In this document: positions 17,018-23,886 of the stretch, in pieces
How positions within the stretch are numbered: the stretch's first letter is position 1
How the letters are laid out: each line of letters starts with the position of its first letter
Source: Geomonas oryzisoli
GTDB lineage: Bacteria > Desulfobacterota > Desulfuromonadia > Geobacterales > Geobacteraceae
Assembly (NCBI RefSeq): GCF_018986915.1
Contig: NZ_CP076723.1
Coordinates: 644,631 to 676,630, forward strand
Reading direction: 5' to 3'
DNA: 32,000 nt
The notes under the pieces: model-generated
What the model was told of the DNA's origin: nothing
Databases searched by the model: none
Seen by the model: only the letters and a program-made list of their open reading frames with translations
Made by a program: the position numbers and the translations under genes

Positions 17018-17047
17018 CTTATACCCTTTTTGCATTTGCGGTGTCAA
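17018..17047 (-). promoter_or_regulatory. Candidate sigma70-type promoter for the lipoprotein gene
   Basis: On the minus strand: TTGACA, 18-nt spacer, TATAAG. Sequence match only. Confidence 0.35.
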
Positions 17048-17161
17048 CAACTGTGACCGGTTTTGGTGAGAATCATCTTAAGTTGTGGCAAGGTTTGCTC
17101 TTTTGAGTCCATTTTTTTTGGTTTCTTCGAGGAATCGTTCCCATTTACCGCCACTATGGCG

Positions 17162-17191
17162 TTGACGATAGCTCTTTCCCAATGGTATGCT
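17162..17191 (+). promoter_or_regulatory. Candidate sigma70-type promoter for the ABC transporter operon
   Basis: TTGACG (17162-17167), 18-nt spacer, TATGCT (17186-17191). It lies about 110 nt upstream of the GTG at 17300. Confidence 0.35.
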
Positions 17192-17299
17192 CGGCGGTCG
17201 AAAATAGGTCCGACCTTTTCACCGGTCGTGGCGATAGTTACTGATTCCCTTGGCAGTACCAGCAGCAGAAATTCAATTCAATGTAAACCGGAGGTATCT

Positions 17300-18295
17300 G
17301 TGCGCAAGAAGATCGGTATTCTGTTGGCTCTCGCTTTGTCGCTGTCGTCTGCGGCAACCGTTTTCGCGGCGGCTCCCGCCAAGCCCGTGACGATCGGCAT
17401 CTCCAAGATCGTCTCCCACCCGGCGCTGGATGCGGTCGTCAAAGGGATCCAGGATGAACTCAAGGACTCCAAGATCAACGCAACCTTCGACGTGCAGAAC
17501 GCCAACGGCGACATCAACACCGCGGCGTCCATCGCCACCAAGTTCCAGAGCCAGAAGGTCAACCTCGCCGTCGGCGTCGCCACCCCGACCGCGCAGGCGC
17601 TGGTGAACACCCTGAAAGGCATCCCGATCGTTTTCTCCGCCGTTACCGACCCGGTCAAGGCGGGCCTGGTTCCCTCCCTCGCCAAGGGTGGCAAGAACGT
17701 CACCGGCGTTTCCGACATGACCCCTGTGAAGCAGCAGATCGAGATGCTGCTCAAGATCAAGCCCAAGACCAAGCGTATCGGTCACATCTACACCAGCTCC
17801 GAAGAGAACGCGGTCGTCCTGGCCGGCATGGTGAAGCAGGTCTGTAAAGAGAAGCACCTCGAGTTTGTTGAGACCACCGTCACCAAATCCGCAGAGGTGA
17901 AGCAGGCCGCCCAGACCATCGCCAACCGCGTTGACGCCATCTACATCTCCACCGACAACACCGTCGTCTCCGCCATGAGCGCCGTCGCCGAGGTTGCCGC
18001 CAAGGCAAAGATCCCGGTCATGTCCGCAGACCCGAGCTCCTCCGAGACCTACGACGTCCTCGCCGCCTGGGGCTTCGACTACTACAAGATGGGCCGCGCC
18101 ACCGGCAAGATGATCATCGAGATCCTGAAAGGCAAGAAGCCCGAGCAGATCCCGACCCGCTTCATGACCAAGGCTTCCGACGTCGACCTGCTGATCAACC
18201 TCGACGTAGCCAAGAAGCTCGGCCTGACTGTCCCGGCCGACATCGTCAAAGCCGCCAAGACTGTCCGTCAGAACGGCAAGATCACCAAAAAGTAA
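17300..18295 (+). CDS. ABC transporter substrate-binding protein (ABC_sub_bind / COG2984 type)
   Basis: The GTG at 17300 follows GGAGG. Signal peptide VRKKIGILLALALSLSSAATVFA. The mature protein begins KPVTIGISKIVSHPALDAV, typical of this SBP family. The upstream part of the track ORF is non-coding-like. Confidence 0.88.
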   Translation: MRKKIGILLALALSLSSAATVFAAAPAKPVTIGISKIVSHPALDAVVKGIQDELKDSKINATFDVQNANGDINTAASIATKFQSQKVNLAVGVATPTAQALVNTLKGIPIVFSAVTDPVKAGLVPSLAKGGKNVTGVSDMTPVKQQIEMLLKIKPKTKRIGHIYTSSEENAVVLAGMVKQVCKEKHLEFVETTVTKSAEVKQAAQTIANRVDAIYISTDNTVVSAMSAVAEVAAKAKIPVMSADPSSSETYDVLAAWGFDYYKMGRATGKMIIEILKGKKPEQIPTRFMTKASDVDLLINLDVAKKLGLTVPADIVKAAKTVRQNGKITKK

Positions 18296-18309
18296 GTAAA
18301 AGCAGTAAA

Positions 18310-18428
18310 CCATTGGCCACGGAGAAAATCTGAGCAAATCTGAGAGAACCTGAAAGCCTGAATGTTTTAAACCAGACTATGGTTTTAGCCTTTCTCCGAA
18401 GTTCTCAGATTTTCTCCGTGGCCAATGG
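18310..18428. repeat. Perfect 25-bp inverted repeat (69-nt spacer) in the SBP-permease intergenic region
   Basis: CCATTGGCCACGGAGAAAATCTGAG (18310-18334) is the exact reverse complement of CTCAGATTTTCTCCGTGGCCAATGG (18404-18428). The inner sequence is partly self-complementary too. Confidence 0.9.
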
Positions 18429-18457
18429 TTTTGACTTTTCGTTTTAAGAAGGGTGTT

Positions 18458-19357
18458 ATGATCGAAGGTATTTTTGTCGAAGGGTTGATCTATGGCATCA
18501 TGGTCCTGGGCGTGTTCATCTCGTTCAGGATTCTTGATTTTCCGGACCTGACGGTTGACGGGTCCTTCCCCTTGGGGGCCGCACTCATGGTGCAGTGCCT
18601 CCTTTCCGGCATGAACGGCTGGCTCGCCCTCCTCGTTGCCTTTGCCGGCGGCGTGCTGGCTGGCGTGGCCACCGCCCTCATCCATAACCACCTGAGAGTA
18701 CCGAACCTCCTGGCCGGTATCCTCACCATGACCATGCTCTACTCGGTCAACATCCGCATCCTGGGCAACCGCGCCAACGTCCCCATCCTGGATCAGCCGA
18801 CCATCCTGAAGGAGGTCACCGAGAAATTCACCGGCGTCATCCCCGACGAGTACATCCTCCTCGTGTTCTTCCTGATCGTCGCCCTGGTGGTCAAGGTGCT
18901 GCTCGACCTCTTCTTCCGCACCGACCTCGGCATGACTCTGGGCGCCATGGGGAACAACGAGCAGATGGTCATCTCGCAGGGGGTGAACCCCAAGACCCTG
19001 AAGACCATCGGCGTCGGCCTCTCCAACGGCCTGGTCGCCATCTCCGGCGCCTTCGCCGCCCAGTACTTGGGCTTTGCCGACGTGGGGCTCGGGCAGGGGA
19101 TCATCGTCTCCGGCCTCGCCTCCGTGATGATCGGGGAATTCCTGATGCTCAAGAGCAACCGCATCGGCGTCCTCACCTTCTGTGCGCTTGCCGGTTCAGT
19201 CTGCTTCTACGCGGTCATGTACGTCGGGCGCTTCTACGGCTACGTGATCCACATGACCCCGAGCGATTTGAACCTGATCAAGGGCGTGCTGATCATCGTC
19301 CTGCTCATCATGACACAGGCAAAGAAACTGAAGGTCCCGTTTAAGGTGGCGAAATGA
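18458..19357 (+). CDS. ABC transporter permease (COG4120 type)
   Basis: Highly hydrophobic multi-span protein of 299 aa from the ATG at 18458 (AAGAAGGGTG upstream). The track start at 18425 lies inside the inverted repeat. The stop overlaps the ATPase start (ATGA). Confidence 0.88.
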   Translation: MIEGIFVEGLIYGIMVLGVFISFRILDFPDLTVDGSFPLGAALMVQCLLSGMNGWLALLVAFAGGVLAGVATALIHNHLRVPNLLAGILTMTMLYSVNIRILGNRANVPILDQPTILKEVTEKFTGVIPDEYILLVFFLIVALVVKVLLDLFFRTDLGMTLGAMGNNEQMVISQGVNPKTLKTIGVGLSNGLVAISGAFAAQYLGFADVGLGQGIIVSGLASVMIGEFLMLKSNRIGVLTFCALAGSVCFYAVMYVGRFYGYVIHMTPSDLNLIKGVLIIVLLIMTQAKKLKVPFKVAK

Positions 19358-20151
19358 TAGAGATTAAGAACGTTTCCATCGTATTTGGCCAGGGGACCGT
19401 CAACGAGAACAAGGCCCTGAAGAACATCAACCTCAAGGTGAAAGAAGGCGACTTCATCACCATCATCGGCTCCAACGGCGCCGGCAAATCGACCCTTTTC
19501 AACACCATCGCCGGGACCTACCTCCCCAGCGAAGGGCAGATCTTTGCCAACGACAAGAACGTGACCAGGGATCCGGAGTACAAGAGGGCGAAGTACATCG
19601 GCAGGATCTTTCAGAATCCGCTGCTCGGCACCGCCGGCAACATGAGTCTGGAAGACAACATGACCATCACCCATAAAAAGGGGATGAAGTGGTTGCGCCG
19701 CAGTCTCAACAACAAGACCCGAGAGATCTTCAGGCAGGAGCTGGTGCAGCTCAGGATGGGCCTCGAGCACCGCATGAAGGAGAACCTGGTCATGTTCTCT
19801 GGCGGCCAGCGCCAGGCGCTCACCCTGCTCATGATGGTCCTCTCCAAGCCGTCGCTGATCCTTCTCGATGAGCACACCGCCGCGCTGGACCCGAAGAACG
19901 CCGAGATCGTGCTGGAGTTGACCAACAAGTTCATCAGCGAGTACAACCTGACCGGCATGATGATCACCCACAACATGACCCACGCCATCGAGTTCGGCAA
20001 CCGTCTGCTCATGATGGACGGCGGCGAGATTATCTTCGACATCGAAGGCGAAGCGAAGAAGGCGCTCACCGTCGAGAAGCTGATCCAGAAGTTCCACGAA
20101 CTGCGTCACAAGACCTTCGAGAACGACAGGACCCTCCTCGCCGAAGAATAG
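19354..20151 (+). CDS. ABC transporter ATP-binding protein (COG1101 type)
   Basis: Walker A GSNGAGKST, signature FSGGQRQA, Walker B LILLDEHTAALD, and an H-loop ITHNM. Confidence 0.93.
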   Translation: MIEIKNVSIVFGQGTVNENKALKNINLKVKEGDFITIIGSNGAGKSTLFNTIAGTYLPSEGQIFANDKNVTRDPEYKRAKYIGRIFQNPLLGTAGNMSLEDNMTITHKKGMKWLRRSLNNKTREIFRQELVQLRMGLEHRMKENLVMFSGGQRQALTLLMMVLSKPSLILLDEHTAALDPKNAEIVLELTNKFISEYNLTGMMITHNMTHAIEFGNRLLMMDGGEIIFDIEGEAKKALTVEKLIQKFHELRHKTFENDRTLLAEE

Positions 20152-20178
20152 TAGGCGGGAAAGAGAAGAGACACCTAA

Positions 20179-20212
20179 AGGCCCGGCGGACAGATCCGCC
20201 GGGCCTTTTTGT
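20179..20212 (+). terminator. Rho-independent terminator of the ABC operon
   Basis: AGGCCCGGCGGA / TCCGCCGGGCCT 12-bp perfect stem with a 4-nt loop, followed by TTTTTGTTT. Confidence 0.85.
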
Positions 20213-20228
20213 TTAAAGACTAAAGACT

Positions 20229-20415
20229 CTAACGCAAAGGCGCGGAGCCGCAGAGACGCAGGGGAAGGCGAATCGAAGTCTTGCGGGTTTTCCCTCTAAA
20301 GCTTTTCTTAGCGCCTTTGCGGCTTGGCGTCTTTGCGTTAAAGCCTTTTCCTTTTGTGTGGTTTTTGGTTTTTGCCGTAAGGGTTTCTTAGTGTCTCTGC
20401 GGCTTTGCGTTAATA
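20229..20415. repeat. Three copies of the NCGCNNAG-octamer REP-like element (one forward, two reverse)
   Basis: Forward copy 20232-20263 = ACGCAAAG GCGCGGAG CCGCAGAG ACGCAGGG. Reverse copy 20307-20338 = CTTAGCGC CTTTGCGG CTTGGCGT CTTTGCGT. Reverse copy 20387-20410 = CTTAGTGT CTCTGCGG CTTTGCGT. This is the same family as 9419-9578. Confidence 0.75.
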
Positions 20416-20525
20416 TCCGGTTCTTGCCTTGTTTCGTCTACATAATCATTGACACAACTCGCGCTGGGGGTGTATTAAAAGACACTTTTTTATCACTAAA
20501 CGCAGTAGAAGGACTGAGAGAAGCC

Positions 20526-20903
20526 ATGATAAAGATCGATTTCGAGAAGATGGGTGGACTGATCCCTGCTGTTATCCAGGACAACGAAAGCGGGGAAGTT
20601 TTGATGGTCGCGTTCATGGACGAGAAGACCCTGAACCTGACCCTGGAAACCGGCAAGACCTGGTTCTTCAGCCGCACCAGGAACAAGTACTGGATGAAGG
20701 GCGAGGAGTCCGGCAACACCCAGGAAGTCATCGAGGTGCTGACCGACTGCGATGCCGACACCGTGGTGATCAAGGTGAAGCAGAACGGCCCCGCCGCCTG
20801 CCACACCGGGAACCGGAGCTGCTTCTACGTGAAGTACGAGAACGGGACCTGGGTCGAACACTCCAATCCGCTCTTCGATCCCAACACCGTCTACAAGAAA
20901 TAG
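20526..20903 (+). CDS. hisI: Phosphoribosyl-AMP cyclohydrolase
   Basis: 125 aa from the ATG at 20526. HisI motifs are [31 protein letters not shown] and DCDADT..C(H)TG..SCF. The upstream part of the track ORF covers the repeat elements. Confidence 0.92.
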   Translation: MIKIDFEKMGGLIPAVIQDNESGEVLMVAFMDEKTLNLTLETGKTWFFSRTRNKYWMKGEESGNTQEVIEVLTDCDADTVVIKVKQNGPAACHTGNRSCFYVKYENGTWVEHSNPLFDPNTVYKK

Positions 20904-20907
20904 CCTG

Positions 20908-20946
20908 AAAAGCCACGGAGCCAACGCTCACGTGGCTTTTTTTATT
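20908..20946 (+). terminator. Rho-independent terminator after hisI
   Basis: AAAAGCCACG / CGTGGCTTTT stem with a 13-nt loop, running into a T-tract of 8 or more nt. Confidence 0.7.
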
Positions 20947-20947
20947 T

Positions 20948-20994
20948 CTCCCCTCTCCCTCCGGGAGAGGGTGGCCGAAGGCCGGGTGAGGGCG
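20948..20994. repeat. Single variant copy of the G/C-rich palindromic element
   Basis: CTCCCCTCTCCCTCCGGGAGAGGGTGGCCGAAGGCCGGGTGAGGGCG. It has a CCCTCTCCC..GGGAGAGGG hairpin followed by a GGTGAGGG tail. Confidence 0.55.
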
Positions 20995-21090
20995 CTGCCA
21001 CGAAGATAACCATTCCCTCAGCCGGGCTCTCATTCCTTTTTTGCATGACCTTATCTTTATCCTAATCTGAATTTTGAGCCTGGAGGAATC

Positions 21091-21963
21091 ATGGAAAAGT
21101 TGAAGCTCGGCATCCCGAAGGGGAGCCTTGAAAACGCCACCGTCGACCTGTTCAAGAAAGCCGGCTGGCAGATATCGATCTCGTCACGCAGCTACTTCCC
21201 CGGTATCGACGACGATGAGATAAAGTGCTCCCTGATCCGTCCGCAGGAGATGGGCAAGTACGTCGAGCGCGGCACCATCGACGTCGGCATCGCCGGCCGC
21301 GACTGGATCCGCGAGAACGAGTCCGACGTCATCGAAGTCTGCGAGATGGTCTACTCCAAAGTTTCCCGCCGCCCGGCCCGCTGGGTGCTGGTGGTGAACG
21401 GCAATTCCAAGATCCAGGGCCCCGAAGACCTGCATGGCGCCACCATCTCCACCGAACTGGTCGGCTTCACCAAGCGCTACTTCGCCGAGCGGAACATCCC
21501 GGTCAACGTCGAGTTCTCCTGGGGCGCCACCGAGGCGAAGGTGGTCGAAGGGCTGTGCGACGCCATCGTCGAAGTTACCGAGACCGGTTCCACCATCAAG
21601 GCCAACGGTCTGAAGATCATCACCGAGTTGATGGAGTCCGTCCCTGTCATGGTCGTCAACAAGGCTGCGTGGGAAGATCCCTGGAAGCGCGCCAAGATCG
21701 AGCAGATCGCGACCCTGTTGCAGTCCTCTCTGAGGGCCGAGGGGATGGTTGGTCTCAAGATGAACGCGCCGAAAGAGAAAGTGGCCGAAATCACCGCCGT
21801 CATCCCGAGTCTGAAGAGCCCGACCGTCGCCAACCATTATAATTCCGACTGGGTTTCCATCGAGAGCATCATGCCCGAGCAGGAAGTCCGCCGCATCGTC
21901 CCCGAGCTCATCAAACTCGGCGCCGAAGGCATCGTGGAGTATTCGCTCAATAAGATCATTTAG
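21091..21963 (+). CDS. hisG: ATP phosphoribosyltransferase, long form (with C-terminal regulatory domain)
   Basis: 290 aa starting [26 protein letters not shown], with the catalytic region [10 protein letters not shown]. The HisG_C-like C-terminus is present, so no HisZ is required. A GGAGGA RBS precedes the start. Confidence 0.93.
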   Translation: MEKLKLGIPKGSLENATVDLFKKAGWQISISSRSYFPGIDDDEIKCSLIRPQEMGKYVERGTIDVGIAGRDWIRENESDVIEVCEMVYSKVSRRPARWVLVVNGNSKIQGPEDLHGATISTELVGFTKRYFAERNIPVNVEFSWGATEAKVVEGLCDAIVEVTETGSTIKANGLKIITELMESVPVMVVNKAAWEDPWKRAKIEQIATLLQSSLRAEGMVGLKMNAPKEKVAEITAVIPSLKSPTVANHYNSDWVSIESIMPEQEVRRIVPELIKLGAEGIVEYSLNKII

Positions 21964-21983
21964 CCACAGAAGTCCCTGCTAAA

Positions 21984-22022
21984 GAAAATGCCCGGTCCAC
22001 TTCATGTGTGGCCGGGCATTTT
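21984..22022. terminator. Bidirectional terminator hairpin after hisG
   Basis: AAAATGCCCGG(T)CCAC / GTGGCCGGGCATTTT stem with one bulge. A-rich upstream and TTTT downstream. Confidence 0.7.
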
Positions 22023-22044
22023 GTGCGCTGCACACCATGTCGGG

Positions 22045-22238
22045 TCACGAATGGTTGCGCACCAGCCTGATCTCCAATTTGCAATCGACGGCGGCGGCAT
22101 ACTTGCGGAGCATCTCCAGAGAGGGCGAATGGCGGTGTGAGCCAAGTGAACCTTCCACTCTTGCCAGCGAAGGCTGGGAAATCCCATCCTGTTCGCCACT
22201 TCTTCATGCGTCAATCCTGCCTGCTTTCCTGTCGACAT
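22045..22238 (-). pseudogene. Frameshifted, N-terminally short XRE-family HTH gene remnant (antitoxin-like)
   Basis: On the minus strand, one frame reads MSTGKQAGLTHEEVANRMG. A second frame then continues ISQPSLARVEGSLGSHRHSPSLEMLRKYAAAVDCKLEIRLVRNHS* (stop at 22045-22047). Joined together they form a canonical HTH_XRE helix 2 and 3 plus tail. The join at ...AGGATGGGATTTCCC... requires a 1-nt frameshift. A TAA lies 3 codons upstream of the ATG and there is no clear RBS. Confidence 0.55.
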
Positions 22239-22259
22239 TCCATATTATGCCCAAGGGGG

Positions 22260-22905
22260 GCAATCGACGGCGCTGCCGATTTATTGCAGGGGCAGGAGAT
22301 TGAATCGAAGGTGCTGCGGATTTGCTGCCGGGGCTGGAGATTGAATCGACGGTGCTGGTGATTTATCGCCGGGGCTGGAGATTGAATCGACGGTGCTGGT
22401 GATTTATCGCCGAGGCTGGAGATTGAACCGACAGCGCTGAGGATTTATCGCCGGGGCTGGAGATTGAATCGACGGCGCTGACGATTTATCGCCGGGGCTG
22501 GAGGTTGAATCGACGGCGCTGACGATTTATCGCCGGGGCTGGAGGTTGAATCGACGGCGCTGCCGATTTATCGCCGAGGCTGGAGATTGAATCGACGGCG
22601 CTGGCGATTTATCGCCGAGGCTGGAGATTGAATCGGCGGCGCTGGCGATTTATCGCCGAGGCTGGAGATTGAATCGACGGTGCTGCGGATTTATTGCCGA
22701 GGCTGGAGATTGAATCGACGGTGCTGGGGATTTATTGCCGAGACTGGAGGTTGAATCGACGGCGCTGCCGATTATCGCCGAGGCTGGAGGTTGAATCGAC
22801 GGCGCAGCCGATTTATCGCCGCGGCTGGAGATTGAATCGATGGCGCTGACGATTAATCGGCGAGGCTGGAGATTGAATCGACGGCGCTGACGATTCATCG
22901 CCGAG
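22260..22905. repeat. Tandem array of about 16 head-to-tail copies of a 41-bp unit (consensus TGAATCGACGGCGCTGNNGATTTATCGCCGRGGCTGGAGAT); there are no spacers
   Basis: The TGAATCG landmark occurs at 22301, 22342, 22383, 22424, 22465, 22506, 22547, 22588, 22629, 22670, 22711, 22752, 22792, 22833 and 22874. All steps are 41 bp except one of 40 bp. A degenerate unit begins at about 22260. Confidence 0.95.
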
Positions 22906-22992
22906 ACCCAACATGCAATAGACAATGCTCACGCAGTCGAGGTGGGGGAGGGAGACAAAGGAGACTGTTGCGTGGGGGGGCTGGCGGGAAGT

Positions 22993-23020
22993 GCGGCTGC
23001 GGCACTGAAGCCGCAGCCGC
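22993..23020 (-). terminator. Perfect 11-bp hairpin 13 nt downstream of the 216-aa gene (possible terminator, no U-tract)
   Basis: GCGGCTGCGGC / GCCGCAGCCGC with a 6-nt loop. There is no T-run on either strand, so its terminator function is uncertain. Confidence 0.35.
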
Positions 23021-23032
23021 GTACGTTAATGA

Positions 23033-23683
23033 TCAGCTCAAGACGATATCGGTGACCGCAGACCACGGCCCGTAGCCTGTGTTGTTGTGGTACCTGACCC
23101 TGATGTAGTACCGTTTCACCAGATCAAGTTTCAACTCTATCTTGCACAGGTAGGATCTCTCCACGCTTGTCCAAGAGGCTTCATCGCTCGGATTTTCCGT
23201 GTACTGAGCCTCAATGCTCCCCATTCCCGCAATTTTACTGACGATAATCCAGAAGATACCGGAGCCTTTCGGACCGGGTCTCAGGTCGACTTTGTCCGGC
23301 TGGCCAGGAAGGGTGCTGCTGGCCGGTTTGGCAGGATAGGTCCGGTGGCTTAACTGGTAGCCTATATCCATCAGCGATGGGTCTTTTTCGTGCGTTGCCA
23401 CCATTACTGAGTGCTGGCAGGCGAAAATAAAGGCGGTGATGATTTCGTCGCGGGTGTTGTCTCTTTCTTCGGCTTTGAGTTTGTCGCCGTACCGCGCTGC
23501 TTCCGACGTTATCCCCAGTTTCGTTGCCAATTCGGTGAGGCGGTCGGGCCCGGGGACATGCTTCTGCAGGTCCTGGAAAGCGCGATGGGCTCTTATGCGC
23601 TCGGCAAACCTCAACGTTTCCTGAATCAGATCACCATCCGATAACTTCGTTAGCTCTGAAATGTCGTGCTTTGGAACCAGCAT
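23033..23683 (-). CDS. Hypothetical protein: helical N-terminal half and a beta-rich FN3-like C-terminal domain
   Basis: 216 aa. GGAGG lies 6 nt upstream of the ATG. The C-terminus YYIRVRYHNNTGYGPWSAVTDIVLS resembles the last strands of fibronectin type III domains. GC content is lower than in neighbouring genes. I recognise no family for the N-terminal half. Confidence 0.68.
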   Translation of the reverse strand: MLVPKHDISELTKLSDGDLIQETLRFAERIRAHRAFQDLQKHVPGPDRLTELATKLGITSEAARYGDKLKAEERDNTRDEIITAFIFACQHSVMVATHEKDPSLMDIGYQLSHRTYPAKPASSTLPGQPDKVDLRPGPKGSGIFWIIVSKIAGMGSIEAQYTENPSDEASWTSVERSYLCKIELKLDLVKRYYIRVRYHNNTGYGPWSAVTDIVLS

Positions 23684-23723
23684 AGGCGGCCTCCATGCGT
23701 TGGCGTTTATACATATGGCAAGT

Positions 23724-23751
23724 ATTATTAAAATAAATTAAAAAATGTCAA
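23724..23751 (-). promoter_or_regulatory. Candidate sigma70-type promoter of the 216-aa gene, in an AT-rich tract
   Basis: On the minus strand: TTGACA (complement of 23746-23751), 16-nt spacer, AATAAT (complement of 23724-23729). It lies about 40 nt upstream of the ATG. Confidence 0.45.
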
Positions 23752-23789
23752 GATTCGAGGTGCGTTTTATTCTGCTCCCGAACATTTCG

Positions 23790-23836
23790 CCGGCCGACTT
23801 GAGGTGGGGATGGATCTGGCGATTTATCGCCGAGAC
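23790..23836. repeat. Solitary, partly degenerate copy of the 41-bp array unit, including the array's terminal junction sequence
   Basis: CTGGCGATTTATCGCCGAGACC (23807-23828) matches CTGACGATTCATCGCCGAGACC (22887-22908) at 20 of 22 positions. Both are followed by ..AACAT. The upstream part, TTGAGGTGGGGATGGAT, only weakly resembles the unit. Confidence 0.7.
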
Positions 23837-23886
23837 CGTTAACATATCAGGTGAGCTGCGCAGATTAAAACGGAAGGAGGCGGGCT

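Noticed and set aside
16516-17106. ORFs (plus and minus strand) covering the lipoprotein 5' end and the 460-bp intergenic region (16516-17106, 16526-17056, 16832-17050)
   Set aside because: They are Ala/Gly/Arg-rich translations antisense to the lipoprotein's A/P linker, or highly basic junk. They carry promoter-like hexamers rather than coding signals.
17192-17235. Attenuator-like alternative pairing GGTCG / CGACC / GGTCG in the ABC operon leader
   Set aside because: The stems are only 5 bp long and the T-tract is only 4 nt, which is too weak to call without covariation evidence.
22260-22905. CRISPR array interpretation of the tandem repeats
   Set aside because: The entire 41-bp period is conserved. 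There are no unique spacers of about 30 bp alternating with repeats, no cas genes and no leader in the window.
22260-22905. Replication origin or DnaA-box cluster idea, because TTATCGCC in each unit resembles TTATCCACA
   Set aside because: Only about 6 of 9 positions match the DnaA box. There is no AT-rich unwinding element and no dnaA, dnaN or rep gene nearby.
22650-22925. 91-aa ORF (minus strand) reading through the array as a repeat protein
   Set aside because: The period of 41 is not a multiple of 3. The ORF stays open only because one 40-bp unit shifts the TAA out of frame. It has no RBS, and its sequence changes frame-register between units.
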